Source: Octopus vulgaris
Taxonomy: Eukaryota
Assembly (NCBI GenBank): GCA_951406725.2
Contig: OX597814.1
Span: 95,790,001 to 95,854,000 of the forward strand
Reading direction: 5' to 3'
DNA: 64,000 bases
Shown in pieces: positions 27,322-39,644 of the stretch. Both the position numbers and the translations under genes were made by a program. Each line of letters opens with the position of its first letter. The stretch's first letter is position 1. Under the pieces are notes generated by a model that had not been told where the DNA came from, made no database searches, and was given only the letters and a program-made list of their open reading frames with translations.

Positions 27322-28351
27322 ATTGAGCCAGACACTGAAAGCATTCTTCACAATTCTCTGTCAACTGATTGACTGCAAGCTGTATGCTTTCAAAGATGTG
27401 TGAAATACTAAAGTACTTTACTTGCAAAAAAAAAAGTGGGGGGGTTAGTGACAGGAAGGGCATCTGGCTGTAAAACAACACCTTAATGATATGTACTCAT
27501 TTAACACATGCTAGCATTGAGAAAGAGGTTTAAAATGAATGAAAGATATGGTAGCTGATCAATGGAAATATTTGAAACACACAGCTTGTGACGAGTTAAA
27601 GAAAACAGAAATGTTTAAGAAAAATTTCTCAAGTTCCCATGAATATATTTATCAGTTGACAAACCAGTGAGGGAGCCACCTTGCAATCACTTGATCTGCT
27701 AGAAATAGCAGCCACACTGCTCTCAAATAGCATGTTTAAAAAAGTGAATGCCATACTGCATAATGTCCTAGATATCCTAAAATGATGGGATATTTTGGGA
27801 TGGAATACTTTTGATCAGTCAAGTTTAATCTAAGCAAAATAACGTTGATGTAGTGAGGATAGTGGTGTGGTAAAAGAGGTGGAATGGCAGAGGAAGTTGG
27901 GTGGTAGAATAAATACCTTACAATATTTAGTTTTGCATTTCTATGTCCTAAGTTCAAATTCTGCCAGGGTGACTTATCTTTCATCCCTCCAGAGTTCATA
28001 AAATATGTACCAATTAAGTTGACCACAACCTTCCTCTTCAGAAATGTGGTCTTAGACCAGTGTAAGAAATTACTGTTTACATTTTATTGTTTACATTATT
28101 AGAAATTGTTCATCTGATTTATACTGTGTTGTGCATAAAATATATATTGTTTATTTAAATCTGAGCGGTCAAGAGTACATATATGCAAATTAGGCTATCT
28201 TTTAATGTGTTAACCTAATTTATGATTGCAATACATATACATACATATATATATATATATACAGCTTAGATTCTGAAGCTGATATATATATAAGGATGAT
28301 AATGATATATATATATATATCCCATGCTAGCATGGAGAACGGACGTTAAAC

Positions 28352-28408
<57 letters not shown>

Positions 28409-28719
28409 ATATATATATATATCAGCTTCAGAATCTAAGCTATTAATGGGGAAGGAAGCCAAGTATATCTTCTCTGAGGGCAGTCAACAGATTGTGAAAC
28501 AGTCCATTATCAGACTCCCCTACATGTTTTTACTGCATATTGAGAATATAGAAAAAGTGTGTTTGCATTCTTCTTATATCACTCATAGCCACGCTTCATA
28601 ATAACAAGTTATTTTCAGTTCTTCTGATTCACACTGTTGTGTATTAAATATATATTGTTTATTATTGTTCATATTTTTCTTATTCTCAGCATGGTATGTC
28701 TTTACCAACAAAGATTAAA

Positions 28720-29185
28720 GAAGGCAATCCACAATTATTGCAGACTCACTGATGGTTGACGAAGTCACAAGGGGACAGTTGGACCTGGTTGCAGTGGCTA
28801 CAAGAGAAAGCAGTTCCAGTTTAATGTCACTACATTTCAGATCTTCCCTCTTTGCTTTTTGTCTTCAAGACCAACTCTGCATGCATTCTCAAAGGAGGCA
28901 ACAAACTGCTGAATAGTTTGCCATAAGGCCTTGCAATACAAGGCTTGAGAAGACAAACTGGTAATAGTCAATGTGACAAGCTCCAAAAGGATTTCTTCAG
29001 AGAACTCTTGCATTTCTTCTTTGGTGGTGCACTTTTGTCATGATAGTTAATGGAGAGCTCACAATATTGTACAATCTTGGGTAAGCAATGATACTCCATT
29101 TTGAAAATGTGCTCTGCCCAACACAGCTGCATCATTAACAGCATAGCCTAGATGCTGGTGACATTTGCCATTTTGCATTTTGAAG
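28720..29185 (-). mobile_element. RTE-BovB-like LINE C-terminal fragment
   Basis: KMANVTSI*AMLLMMQLCWA.HIFKMEYHCLPKIVQYCELS resembles the BovB-type SIEAMLLKxQLRWAGHVxRMEDHRLPKIVLYGEL. Confidence 0.7.
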
Positions 29186-29987
29186 ACTTTCACTCTTTAG
29201 CGTTTAAAGAGACCCTATCTGGCCCAAATATTCTACCTGTTTTATATTCAAACTGGCCAGATCTTACATTTACCCTACAATGTCTTTCTGAAAATAAAAT
29301 AAACAATCACATCTGGCCTTTCATGCCTGCCCTATAATGTTATTTTAAAACTAAACAATCACATCACTGAAATCTTAAAGCTACAAAAGATTGCATGGTT
29401 AATTCAAAACAATGAAAACAAATAAACACTACATTTGACAGAGTAAATCTGAATGCTATTGAGATCAAGGTGAAATTTATGACAAATTTATACCAAATTT
29501 ATAACAATTTCATTTAATAATTAAAGACCAAATTTATGACAATGAATTTAATAATCAAAGACCATGTCAATTTAATGTATCATCATTAGCACCACCTAAG
29601 CAAATGATGGGGACATTGTTGATTTTAATCAGTGAACAAAGGCCCAGTTATTCAGTCATTATGTGATGAAACAAGAAAAGGCTAGCAACAGGAAGTGCAT
29701 CCATTAGTAGGAAATCTGCCTCAAACCGGTTTCATTTGACCCATGAAAAGCCATTATCATCATCATCATCAATTAGCATCTGCTTTCCATGCTGGCATGG
29801 GTTAGACAGTTTAACTGAAACTGGTAAGCTGAAAAGCTGCACCAGATTCCAATTTAATTTGCATGGTTTCTACAGCTGGATGCCCTTCCTAATGCAAACC
29901 ACTCCAACAGTGTAATTGGTACTTTTTACATGTCACCAGCATGGATGCCAGATATGTGGACGTTAAAATGATGATGTTGATGAAGTG

Positions 29988-30019
<32 letters not shown>

Positions 30020-30039
30020 AAAGAAAAATACAAACTTAC

Positions 30040-30132
30040 CGAAAATCGCCAGACGTTTTCCGCTTGAAGGCTCCTGGGGCATTAGGAATATTTTCACTGA
30101 CTGCTATTATCTCAAAACCAACAGCATATTGC
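30040..30132 (-). CDS. CAPN7: Calpain-7 exon
   Basis: QYAVGFEIIAVSENIPNAPGAFKRKTSGDFR. Junctions ttcag / gtaag, phases 2-2. Confidence 0.92.
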
Positions 30133-30957
30133 CTGAATAATTCAAATGTATATGTATTTTGCATTGATATAAGTGTTGATGTCATGCAAGTATATATATT
30201 ACAAAAAAATAATGACTAGACATTTTAAAAGAAAATACCAGTGAACTTTGTGCAAGAAATAAAGCTTTAGCAAATGCTATAAATTATGTATACAACAAAA
30301 TAAACTGTTTGGTTTGATTCCACATTAGAGTAATAAGTACTAGAAAATGTGACAAAAATATTATCTTCCCTCAGCTTACTAGCTCATGGGGCTGGAACTA
30401 ATACAGATTTTCAAGGCATTTAAGCTGAAAATATAAGACACCTTACTAAATGGGATGTTGGTCCATTGCAGGGTTAAGCCCAAGTGCTGCTAGTACTTTA
30501 TTTTCAACTGAGTCTACAGTAGCAATATGAAATGAAGTGTCTTGCTCAAGGACACGGTGTGTCACAATGTCTGAGAATGGAACTCATCAATATGGGTTCA
30601 ACACCATAACCATTCGGTCATATAATTAGGAAAAGTAAACCTTCAATTTAATTAGATATACTCTGAATAAACTACCCTTTCCTATAGTAAGAAGGAACCT
30701 CTATACTGTTGTTTGGCTTGCTAGAAATAATAAATGAATCTCCTTCACATCACACCTAACCATCTTTAAAAAAAAAGGACACATTTGGAAATGTAGTTCT
30801 AGTTATACAAAAAGACAGGATGGCCATGGCTAGTATGCCTTTCATCATAACTTTGCCTTGGAGTTAGAGTGAAAACAATATGTTAAATAGTAATTAAACA
30901 GGCTTGTCTAATCCTTGTTTGAAAAAAAAGTGCAGAAGGAAAAAAACTGCATAAAAA

Positions 30958-31314
30958 TATATTTCAGGATGATCATTTTTGTCCTAGCCAAATAAACACA
31001 CACACTATACATTCATTCTCCACTTGTTTATTTTATGTCTATTGTATGCAAATCTTTCATCACACACCTGTGACTTCTTCATCAACTCTCCATCCAATGT
31101 CTTCTCAAGAGACCTCTTTAGAGACTCTCCATCCCATGTGTCTCCTCAAGAAGACATGAGGGATGGAAAGCCACTAATGAGGTCACATGTGTGTGACAAA
31201 AGATTTCTAGACAATGGACATAAAATATGAACAATGATAAACAAGTAAAGAATGAATATATAGAGTGTGTGTTTATTTGGCAAGAAAAGACAAAAATGAT
31301 CATCCTGAAATATA
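30958..31314. mobile_element. Foldback MITE (~355 bp near-palindrome)
   Basis: TATATTTCAGGATGATCATTTTTGTC ... GACAAAAATGATCATCCTGAAATATA, with arms complementary over most of their length. Confidence 0.75.
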
Positions 31315-31569
31315 ACAATATCTGTTTCAACACACGATTTCATATCAGGAATCTTGCAAAACAAATTCATAAATGTAACAGAATGAATGTTTATCTAAAT
31401 ATTATTGGACTTAGTATGGCTACAAACATTTGATGGTATTACCAATATGAAAAGTTAAATAATTTAATGATCTAACCTCTGAGGCTATTCCAATTTAACA
31501 TTGGTTGAAACAAAATTGAATTTTTGGTAGTAATCTATATAAGTATATGATAAATTTTTAACTTATTTA

Positions 31570-32318
31570 CTAAGAAGGAAAGTAATTGGGTCAATGGGTT
31601 GTTCACAAACTTTCTAAGACAGTGAATGTGTACTCTTCTTTGCTGTCACGTCTCATGAATGAACCTTTTTTCAACTGAATAGTGACTGGTGATAAGAAAT
31701 GTGTTCTCTATAAAAATGTCAAGCGCCAATGACAGTGGGTAGGGAGAGGAGAAACCCTGGCACCCCAGGCTAAAGAAAGTCTTCACCCATGTTAGGTGTT
31801 ATCTGTTTGGTGGGATGTGAAAGGTTTAGTCCATTTTGAACTTTTAAACCCAAACCAAATGACAATAAAGGATATCTACTGCAAGCAGCTTGAGCAGCTT
31901 AAGTCAGCGCTAGAAGAATAATGACAGTCTCTGATTTCAAGATGAAAGGTGTTCTTCCATCAGCCACATATAGCGAGGATGACATTCCAAAGGCTGGAGC
32001 AACTTGAATGGAAAACAATGCCCCACCCATCATATTCTCCAGACATTGCCCCATCTGATTACCATTTGTTTCATAGTCTTCAAAATCATTTGGACAGAAA
32101 ATATATGATTTCTGTAGACAAGGTCAGAACAGTACTTGAGGAGTATTTTTCATCATGGACAATGAATTTTGGAAGAGGGTTCTTGCAAGTCTACCAGATA
32201 GATGGAAGAGTATTGTAGAAAATGAAGGAGAGTATATTTTAGATTAAAAAAGAACTTTGTTCATTTTAATTTTCAAAAATAAAAGAAGTATAAAAGAACT
32301 GCATTATTTATGGGATGA

Positions 32319-32322
<4 letters not shown>
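31570..32322 (+). mobile_element. Mariner 3' two-thirds (decayed transposase + right TIR)
   Basis: IVTGDKKCVLY and HPSYSPDIAPSDYHLFHSLQNHL. Ends CATTATTTATGGGATGACT-TA. Confidence 0.85.
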
Positions 32323-32361
<39 letters not shown>

Positions 32362-32843
32362 ACAACATTCTTTTTGTTTCTCTATTACCCACAAGGGGCT
32401 AAACATAGAGGGGACAAACAAGGACAGTCTTTAATGTCCATTTCCCATGGGTTGAATGGTATAACCAGAGCTGGCAAGCTGCACCAGGTTCCAGTCTGAT
32501 TTGGTTCTGTTTCTACAGTTGGATGCATTTCCTAATGCTAACTACTTTACAGTGTGTGCTGAGTGCTTTTAACATGCCAGCTTGGTCTACACAATCTATT
32601 TTCCATGTGTCTAAAGACTAATCTATAAAGCATAATTTTACTACTTTTTTTACTAGTTTTCTTCACCATTCCTTTATTTCTAATGTAACTTTCTACTATT
32701 AATCCCTCACTCTAGATATTTATTTTTTTCCTCTCACTATTCTTCAACTGAAAACCTCTCCAAATCCCCCCTCTAATACACTCCACAAAATCATTCAAAA
32801 TCTTTGAACTTCTTTCCTTTAAAACCTCAAATGTCAGATCTCT

Positions 32844-32933
32844 TCCCTGAAGACGGAGGCTTATCTCATCCTATGATGGAATCAATCTACAAACATTATT
32901 TTGGACCAGAGCCCCCAGAAATGGCTGTTGGAT
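32844..32933 (+). ncRNA. Degenerate type-I hammerhead-like motif in a Penelope-type terminal repeat
   Basis: TCC-CTGAAGA-CGGAGGCT...AGCCCCCA-GAAA-TGGCTG-TT-GGA. The loop may be a CpG-decayed CGGCCG. Confidence 0.45.
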
Positions 32934-33219
32934 TTGTGATACTTTTCTTCAACCCCTTTAATTCTCTATATCATTTGTATTCTGTGTAAGTCAGACCTTT
33001 TTGTATGTAAACATATATACATTTTTTGAATTTGATGTATTTAATGTACATTATATATTGATCTAACTTGCTTATTCCTACATTTACTTCTATACCCTCA
33101 CAAGTTTAAATTTATTTTTAACAGTGGAATTCAAAGAAGATAAAGATATAAATAATAGCTGGGTTAAAAAGCCCTCAATTTTAGCCATTTTATTTTATAT
33201 GATAAGTATCAACACTTAC

Positions 33220-33359
33220 TTTGGTCCCATCAACTCAATCAAAATATTATTATCACTTAAGTGATTGTCAATATTTATCTGGTAAATAGGGTTATATTTA
33301 TGCGTTTCTGGATAATTAGCACAACCTCCAGCACTTATTCCTGTCCAGTGTCCTGTGAC
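33220..33359 (-). CDS. CAPN7: Calpain-7 exon (second C2-like domain start)
   Basis: VTGHWTGISAGGCANYPETHKYNPIYQINIDNHLSDNNILIELMGPK contains the calpain GxWxGxSAGGC...NP motif. Junctions cag / gtaag. Confidence 0.95.
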
Positions 33360-34029
33360 CTGGTCAAGGAAGAAAAAGGTAAAACTTCAAAATCAAGAGA
33401 TTAAAAAAAGAAGTCAAATTTTTAACAATTGTTTTCCATGACTGCACAAAAACTTGTAAATTCAGATAATTCCACATCTACTGAATTGATGTGAAGTGGC
33501 ATGACACTATATTTTCCAGTAAAGAAGTAAAATTTTTCAGATCAAAATTTATACCCCAAAACAGCAGGTCAACCTATGCACCAAGAAAGCTTTGGAGAAC
33601 CAGGAATTGCATGTGAAATGCAGAGGATTTGGAAAGATAGTGACAATATTTGAATGTTTACACTACATGTTTACATTATACAGGTCAACTTGCATGCCAG
33701 AAAATACAGTATTACCAATAATTTTCAACAGGTGTGGCTGTGTGGTAAGAAGCTTGTTTCCAACCACATGGTTCCAAGTTCAATGGCACCTTGGGCAAGC
33801 GTCTTCTACTATAGCCTTGGGCCTTATGATTGGATATGATAGGCAGAAACTGAAAGAAGCCTGTCGTGTGTGTGTGTGTATATACACACACGCACGCACA
33901 CACACGCACACACACACACACACACACACATACATCTAAAACTGACACTCCATTCAAGATAACAGTTTTCTTGGATTATTGTTTGGTTTCTTTTAGATGT
34001 ATAACTGCCACTGAAATTGGTTCAAGGTT

Positions 34030-34435
34030 ATTATTAAAATATTGGTTTTAAATTTTGGCACAAGGCCAGCAACTTCGGGGAGGCGGTAAGTCAATTATAT
34101 CGACCCCCAAAAGGATGAAAAGCAAAGTTAACCTTGGCAGAATTTGAACTCAGAACAAAAGGAGGGATGAAATGCCACTAAGCATTTTGTCTGGCGTGCT
34201 AACGATTTTGCCATCTTGCCATCTTGATTATTATTAAAATAATTCCTTTCTACTCTAGGCACAAGGTTAAAAATTTTGGGGGAAGGGGTCAGTCAATTAG
34301 ATCGACCCCAATATACAACAGGTATTTATCAATCTCGAAAGGATGAAAGGCAAAGTCGACCTCAGTGGAATTTGAACTCAGAACATAAAGACAGACAAAA
34401 TACAGCTAAGCATTTCGCCCAGCATGCTAACATAT
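34030..34435 (-). mobile_element. Two tandem tRNA-derived SINE copies
   Basis: Repeated GGATGAAAGGCAAAGTCGACCTC..GGAATTTGAACTCAGAAC core. Also present at ~8640-8960, 19090-19300, 20070-20290, 44780-44990, 48020-48230 and 52870-53310. Confidence 0.8.
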
Positions 34436-34515
34436 TATTAAAATATTGACATAATGAAAACTGGATGTTGAATGATGAAGATAATTTTTTTTAAAAGCTG
34501 ATACCAAGAACTTAC

Positions 34516-34727
34516 TTTTCTGCCATATTCTTTTTTGTAGAGGTCCACAATGCTTGTGAGAGTGAACTCAGAATTAGCATAAACACGTAAAGTATAATAG
34601 ATAGAATTATTCTTTTCATACTGTGAAACAATCAAAGTGTATGAATTAACTCCAGGTTCCTCATCCAGCTTACATAAATAGTGAGGGCTGTTGATTCTTA
34701 CCCCATCAATATAAGGTGGTGGGTCAT
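34516..34727 (-). CDS. CAPN7: Calpain-7 exon
   Basis: DPPPYIDGVRINSPHYLCKL...YTLIVSQYEKNNSIYYTLRVYANSEFTL...EYGRK is diagnostic of CAPN7. Confidence 0.96.
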
Positions 34728-35069
34728 CTGAAAATAAAAGAAAAAAGTAGTAAAATGTAGAGAATGAAAAAAAATTAAAGAAGGAGAGGAATTTGGACTG
34801 GAATAAGCACAATTTCCATTAAAATTTTTGTATTTTTGCTTTGTGAGTTTTGTAATTATATAAATTTTAAAGATGAATGGCAAAAACAAAATATATTCAA
34901 ATCTGCTCATGATTAATCACACTAACTTATTCTATTATAATTAAAATATAAAGCTAAAATAAGAAGGGCTTATGAAAATGTACAAGAAAAATGTATATGA
35001 TAAAAATTTTAACATTTCATTTTATTTACATTATTTGTCCTCATTTTAATAATAATAATAATAATAATA

Positions 35070-35420
35070 ATTGTGTACAGTGCTCAGGTGCACTACAACT
35101 CATCTAAAGTGTATATATAATCAGGTGTAGTTTCGACGGATTTCGGGAAGCATGAGGGCCTTAAAGGATGCAGTGTCATGGCAGTCAACAACTGATGCAG
35201 GCAGTTTATTCCACGCTTCAGCAACCCTGAGCGTGAAAAAATGTTTCCGAAAGTCATGGGAGCTGTGCTGTTTTCTGACTTTGTAGGCATGTCCACGTGT
35301 GTTAGACACATGGAGATCAAAAAGGTGTTCAGTGTTATTGTTGGTGAGGTGGTTGATAACCTTGTGGGTGTTTACCAAGTCCGTCGCCAGACGCCGGAGC
35401 TTCAGTGAATCCATGCCCTA
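35070..35420 (-). mobile_element. CR1/L2-group LINE 3' end
   Basis: ORF 35121-35414 MDSLKLRRLATDL...TRGHAYKVRKQH...RVAEAWNKLP. Confidence 0.85.
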
Positions 35421-35422
35421 AA

Positions 35423-35632
35423 GCAACGTTTTGGCTGATATACCCTCCAGCCTCCATCAGGAGTCTTGGGGAAATTTCGAACCTGGGTTCTCATCCCTAA
35501 GGTATTTTTCAATGATCTTGTTGTTGTTGGTATCATCATCATCATTATTCTTATTATTCAGGTCATGCCTGGAATCGATCTTGGAATCTTGGCGTTAGCA
35601 GCCCGTGCTCTTAACCACTACGCCACATGCTC
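35423..35632 (-). mobile_element. tRNA-headed SINE carrying a degenerate minimal hammerhead-like motif
   Basis: Minus strand: head GTGGCGTAGTGGTTAAGAGCAC...GATCGATTCC, then CTC-CTGATGG-AGGCTG..CAGCC-AAAA-CG-TT. Confidence 0.6.
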
Positions 35633-35954
35633 GTTGTAAAGCATGGACTATGACCATTTCATAGCAAAATGATACTTGTTACATAAGTTTATGAAATGGT
35701 CCCAGCCCATGCTTTACCTTGTCTATTCCTTACTTTTTTTGATTTTTATTTGCATTCTTAGCAGCTTTAGTTGCTAAACCATGAGCCATATGGTAACTGT
35801 CAGATTATCGAAATACCTTTTAATTTCAATATGGGAAGAAACGTTTTAATAAACATGTTTTATAGAATATTGTCCACTTTTTGTCATCTGTACAACTGCA
35901 TAAATGTTTGAAGCTTACTAACTTCCTGTACTTGGATCTCTGGATCACATGTAC

Positions 35955-36011
<57 letters not shown>

Positions 36012-36309
36012 ATATGCATATGTATGTTATGTTTGTGCATTTCTGTGCGTTTGTACACCTCACCACCACTTAACAACTGGTCTTTGTTTGTTTACATCCC
36101 CCAGTAACTTAGTGGTTCAGGAAAAGTGACCAATAAAATAAGTACCAAGTTTTAAAAAAAAGTAAGTACTGGGATTGATTTATTTGACTAGAAACCTTTT
36201 CGAGGCCGTGCTCCAGCAAGGCCCCAGTCCAATGACTGAAACAATTAAAAAATACAATTAATAAAAAGATAAGAGAATACAATCTGATAGATAAATAGAT
36301 AATACTTAC

Positions 36310-36385
36310 ATGGATAGAAAACTCTCTTCCCATCACTCTTGTATACTAATAGTGTAATAAATTCACGGTTGTTTGCAAAGTCATC
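36310..36385 (-). CDS. CAPN7: Calpain-7 exon
   Basis: DDFANNREFITLLVYKSDGKRVFYP. Junctions ttag / gtaag, phases 0-1. Confidence 0.95.
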
Positions 36386-36961
36386 CTAACAAGAAGAGAA
36401 AAAATAACTTTGGATAAAACAAGATGCACAATGACTGTAAAGCTATAGTATTTATAAAAAGAAACTGTTGTGGAGTTAAAAATGTTGGACTACTGACAAG
36501 AGTGTAAGTTCAAATACTATTATTGCCATTAAACTATACCCTAGGTAACACATTGTTGTGTGTGTGTGTGTGTGTGTATGCTACTAAAGTAACTGAGGGC
36601 ACTACTATTGCTAGAAATAAGAGTTAAAACAACTCAGTCACGAGAACTCTTATTTCAAGCAATACTGGTGTTGACTAGTGCCCTCAGTCACTTTAGCGAT
36701 GTATATATTTCTGCCTTTCAGTTGTAAAATTGCAAACAAGCCAACCTTATTATATATACATATATCACATAACCACATACATGCATTGCAATATTTGTTT
36801 ATTTACACGTGCACACACACGCACACACTCATATAATATATCCACTGCATCGGAAATCTGCAATGGCTCCATAACTAACCTTGGAGCCCTAATAATCCAT
36901 TACAGCACTTACCTAGTGTACCTAATCGTTTAAGATCACCTGTGGACTAAAACCCACACCT

Positions 36962-36964
<3 letters not shown>

Positions 36965-37014
<50 letters not shown>

Positions 37015-37050
37015 TCATCATCATTTAAAGGACGTTAAATGATGATGATG

Positions 37051-37100
<50 letters not shown>
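36965..37100. repeat. (TA)n tracts enclosing head-to-head RTE (CAT)n/(GAT)n tails
   Basis: Directly visible: (TA)n-CATCATCATCATTTAAAGGACGTTAAATGATGATGATGA-(TA)n. Confidence 0.85.
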
Positions 37101-37101
<1 letters not shown>

Positions 37102-38048
37102 TGCTTGCTGTGTTTATATTTTGATGCGACTCTCTGTACTGTTCTCTCTCTCCCCTTTCATTTCCTCTCTCATCCTTTCTTTAATTCTTTTCCTCTTCCC
37201 TTCACCATTCTGTCCCTCTCTCTTTCTCATTTTTCTTCCTTTACTCTCTCTGCAACTGATGAAGGGCCATTCTTTACGTTACTAGTCTTGTTTTCCATTT
37301 ATTTCTTTCGTTGTTCGCAAAAAAAGTTCGTATTCCATGATTTCGTATTTCATGTTGTTTACGTTTTATGACGTCCTGTACCCATATATGCATATGTATA
37401 TACATATATATGTAAGTATGTACATATATGTATGTATATATGCATATATATGTGTGCGCACGCATGTGTGTGTGTGTGTGGTATGTGTGCATGTGTACCA
37501 ATCTAATTTCATGGCTGATTGATTAGCATTAGGAAGGTCATTAAACTGTAATAAAATTTCTTCAAGAAAGAGTCATAAATTTAAATGAGTTTAATTGATT
37601 AAAATGTTCTGAAGCAGAAAAGTAAAAACTTTTTATTGTAAATGGCGGACAGCCAAGCTTCAATGAAAGCGTAGCATAGTTTACCTAGACCAGGAGTAGC
37701 AATGCTGTGTGATTGAAAAATTTGCTTCCCAACCACATGATTTTGGGTTCAGTTCCATTGCACAGCCCCTTGCACTGCTGTTTTTCTGCTCTAGCTTGTG
37801 TATGGATTTGGCAGACAGAAATTGAAAAGAAACTTGTCACATACATACATGTGTCTGTGTGTGTGTGTATCTACATGTGTGTGCTTGTCTTTGTTTATAT
37901 TTGCACTCATTTATTCAAATGTTGTTTGAGTGTTGTTGATGGCAACAATAAAACAATGTTTCAATACCATATTGTTATAATCCATGCTAGTATGGAGAAA
38001 TAGTCGTAAAAACAAATGAGATAAAAGTAGCATTCATTGGTGATTTAA

Positions 38049-38270
38049 CCCTTTAGCATTTAAACTGGCCATATCCAGTCCAAATCTTCTCTCTCTTTTA
38101 TGTCGAAACTGGCCAGATCTAGCCCCTCACACCTATCCTACAATGTCGTTCTAAAAAAATAAACAATCACTTCACTGCAATCTCAGAGCTACAAGATAAT
38201 GCATGATTACATGAAAACAATTTGAATAGATAAGTATTACATTTGATAAAGTAATTTGAATGCTAAAGGG
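38049..38270 (+). mobile_element. piggyBac-like MITE family A
   Basis: TTAA-CCCTTTAGCATT ... AATGCTAAAGGG-TTAA. Other copies at ~16305, ~29195, 41416, 57544 and ~63850. Confidence 0.85.
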
Positions 38271-39511
38271 TTAAAAATTCCAATATTTTGAGATTCTTGC
38301 TCAGTGATGATGAAATTTGATAAGTTGAGCCATGATTCTCATCTTCAATAATCAAATTGTTGCAGGATTATTCTTGCATCAATGTGGTCATTTTGTTATA
38401 ATTAATGAATGAAAAAGAGAATGTACCAAAGCTGATTGAAACGGCCTTAGGAAGTACCCTGAACAGAAAAAGAAGTGAAAGTCAAGGAAACATCATAAGT
38501 ATGACATGCTTTTCAATCTTTGGTTTACATTCTGAAGGAATAGATGTTTGTCAACTGGAGGAAATAATGGAGTGCAATGTAAATTTGTACACAAATCTTG
38601 AAAACAGTTTTAGTAAGAGAGAGGTAAAATAGTATATAAATTTGGTTGTACATGTTATCCTATGTGAAGGCACATGGCTTAGTGGTTAGGGCATAGCACT
38701 CAAATTCATAAGAGATGGTTTCCGTTCCTGGACTTGAAGGTGCACTGTGTTTTTGAGTAAAATACTTCATTTCAGATTGCTCCAGTTCACTCAACTGTAA
38801 ATGAGTTTCCAACAATAGTTGGGAAATGAACCCTATGACACACTGCATCCCATTCAGTGAGAGTGTTGTAATATCAATCACTTACACAACATGGGAACTG
38901 GGTTAAGTTCCAGCCTTATGAGTCCTTGGGCTCATGACAAACCTCCTACTTAAGCTAAAGAAACATGCAAATCTACTGCAAAGTATATCAAACCTTAAAA
39001 AAAAAACAAGATAAGTTTAATATGGATAAACTACAGTTTATAATACCATTGTTGTGAAAAGTAAACAAATGTAAATACATCTTGTTGTTCTCTTTACACA
39101 CATAAAACAAAGAAGTTTATCCTAAAATGTGTCATGGCTTATTGGCTACTCTTCAGAAGATAAGTAATCCCCATTTTTCTGTTTCATGAAGATGACTTAA
39201 TAGCAATTTTTATTTAAATCAAACAAATATCAAAACCCAGCTGAAATAATTTGCATATCCTGCATGTGTTAGCAGTGTAATTTAATAACAATTATTTTGT
39301 ATTTTATAATAAGAGATACGACAGCATGTATTAAAAATCAAAGATAAATCTAATGTAGTTAGACTGCATGCAATAATACATTTATAAACTGTCTACCTTA
39401 AATTCATTTAAAATTTTCTAATTCAGAGTGTTTATATATAAAATATATATTGAGTTTCAATTGAAAATATGATAATATTTAAAGGAGAAAATATTTTATA
39501 GAGAGGAAGAC

Positions 39512-39644
39512 CTTATCTGTAATATGCCGAGTTAATAGGATCCATAATGTAGATGGCTGAGTACTTTTAACTTCAAGATGATACTGTGGGTTGAAACTAA
39601 TATTGTAGCTGTCTTTCTTTGGTCCCTCTCTGGCTTGCCAGGCA
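39512..39644 (-). CDS. CAPN7: Calpain-7 exon (first C2-like domain)
   Basis: AWQAREGPKKDSYNISFNPQYHLEVKSTQPSTLWILLTRHITDK. Acceptor ttcag; weak donor AAG|GTCTTC. Confidence 0.92.

Noticed and set aside
37250-37300. CTGATGAAGGGCC after a pyrimidine tract, a possible seventh hammerhead
   Set aside because: No downstream stem II partner or GAAA found; at most a truncated relic.
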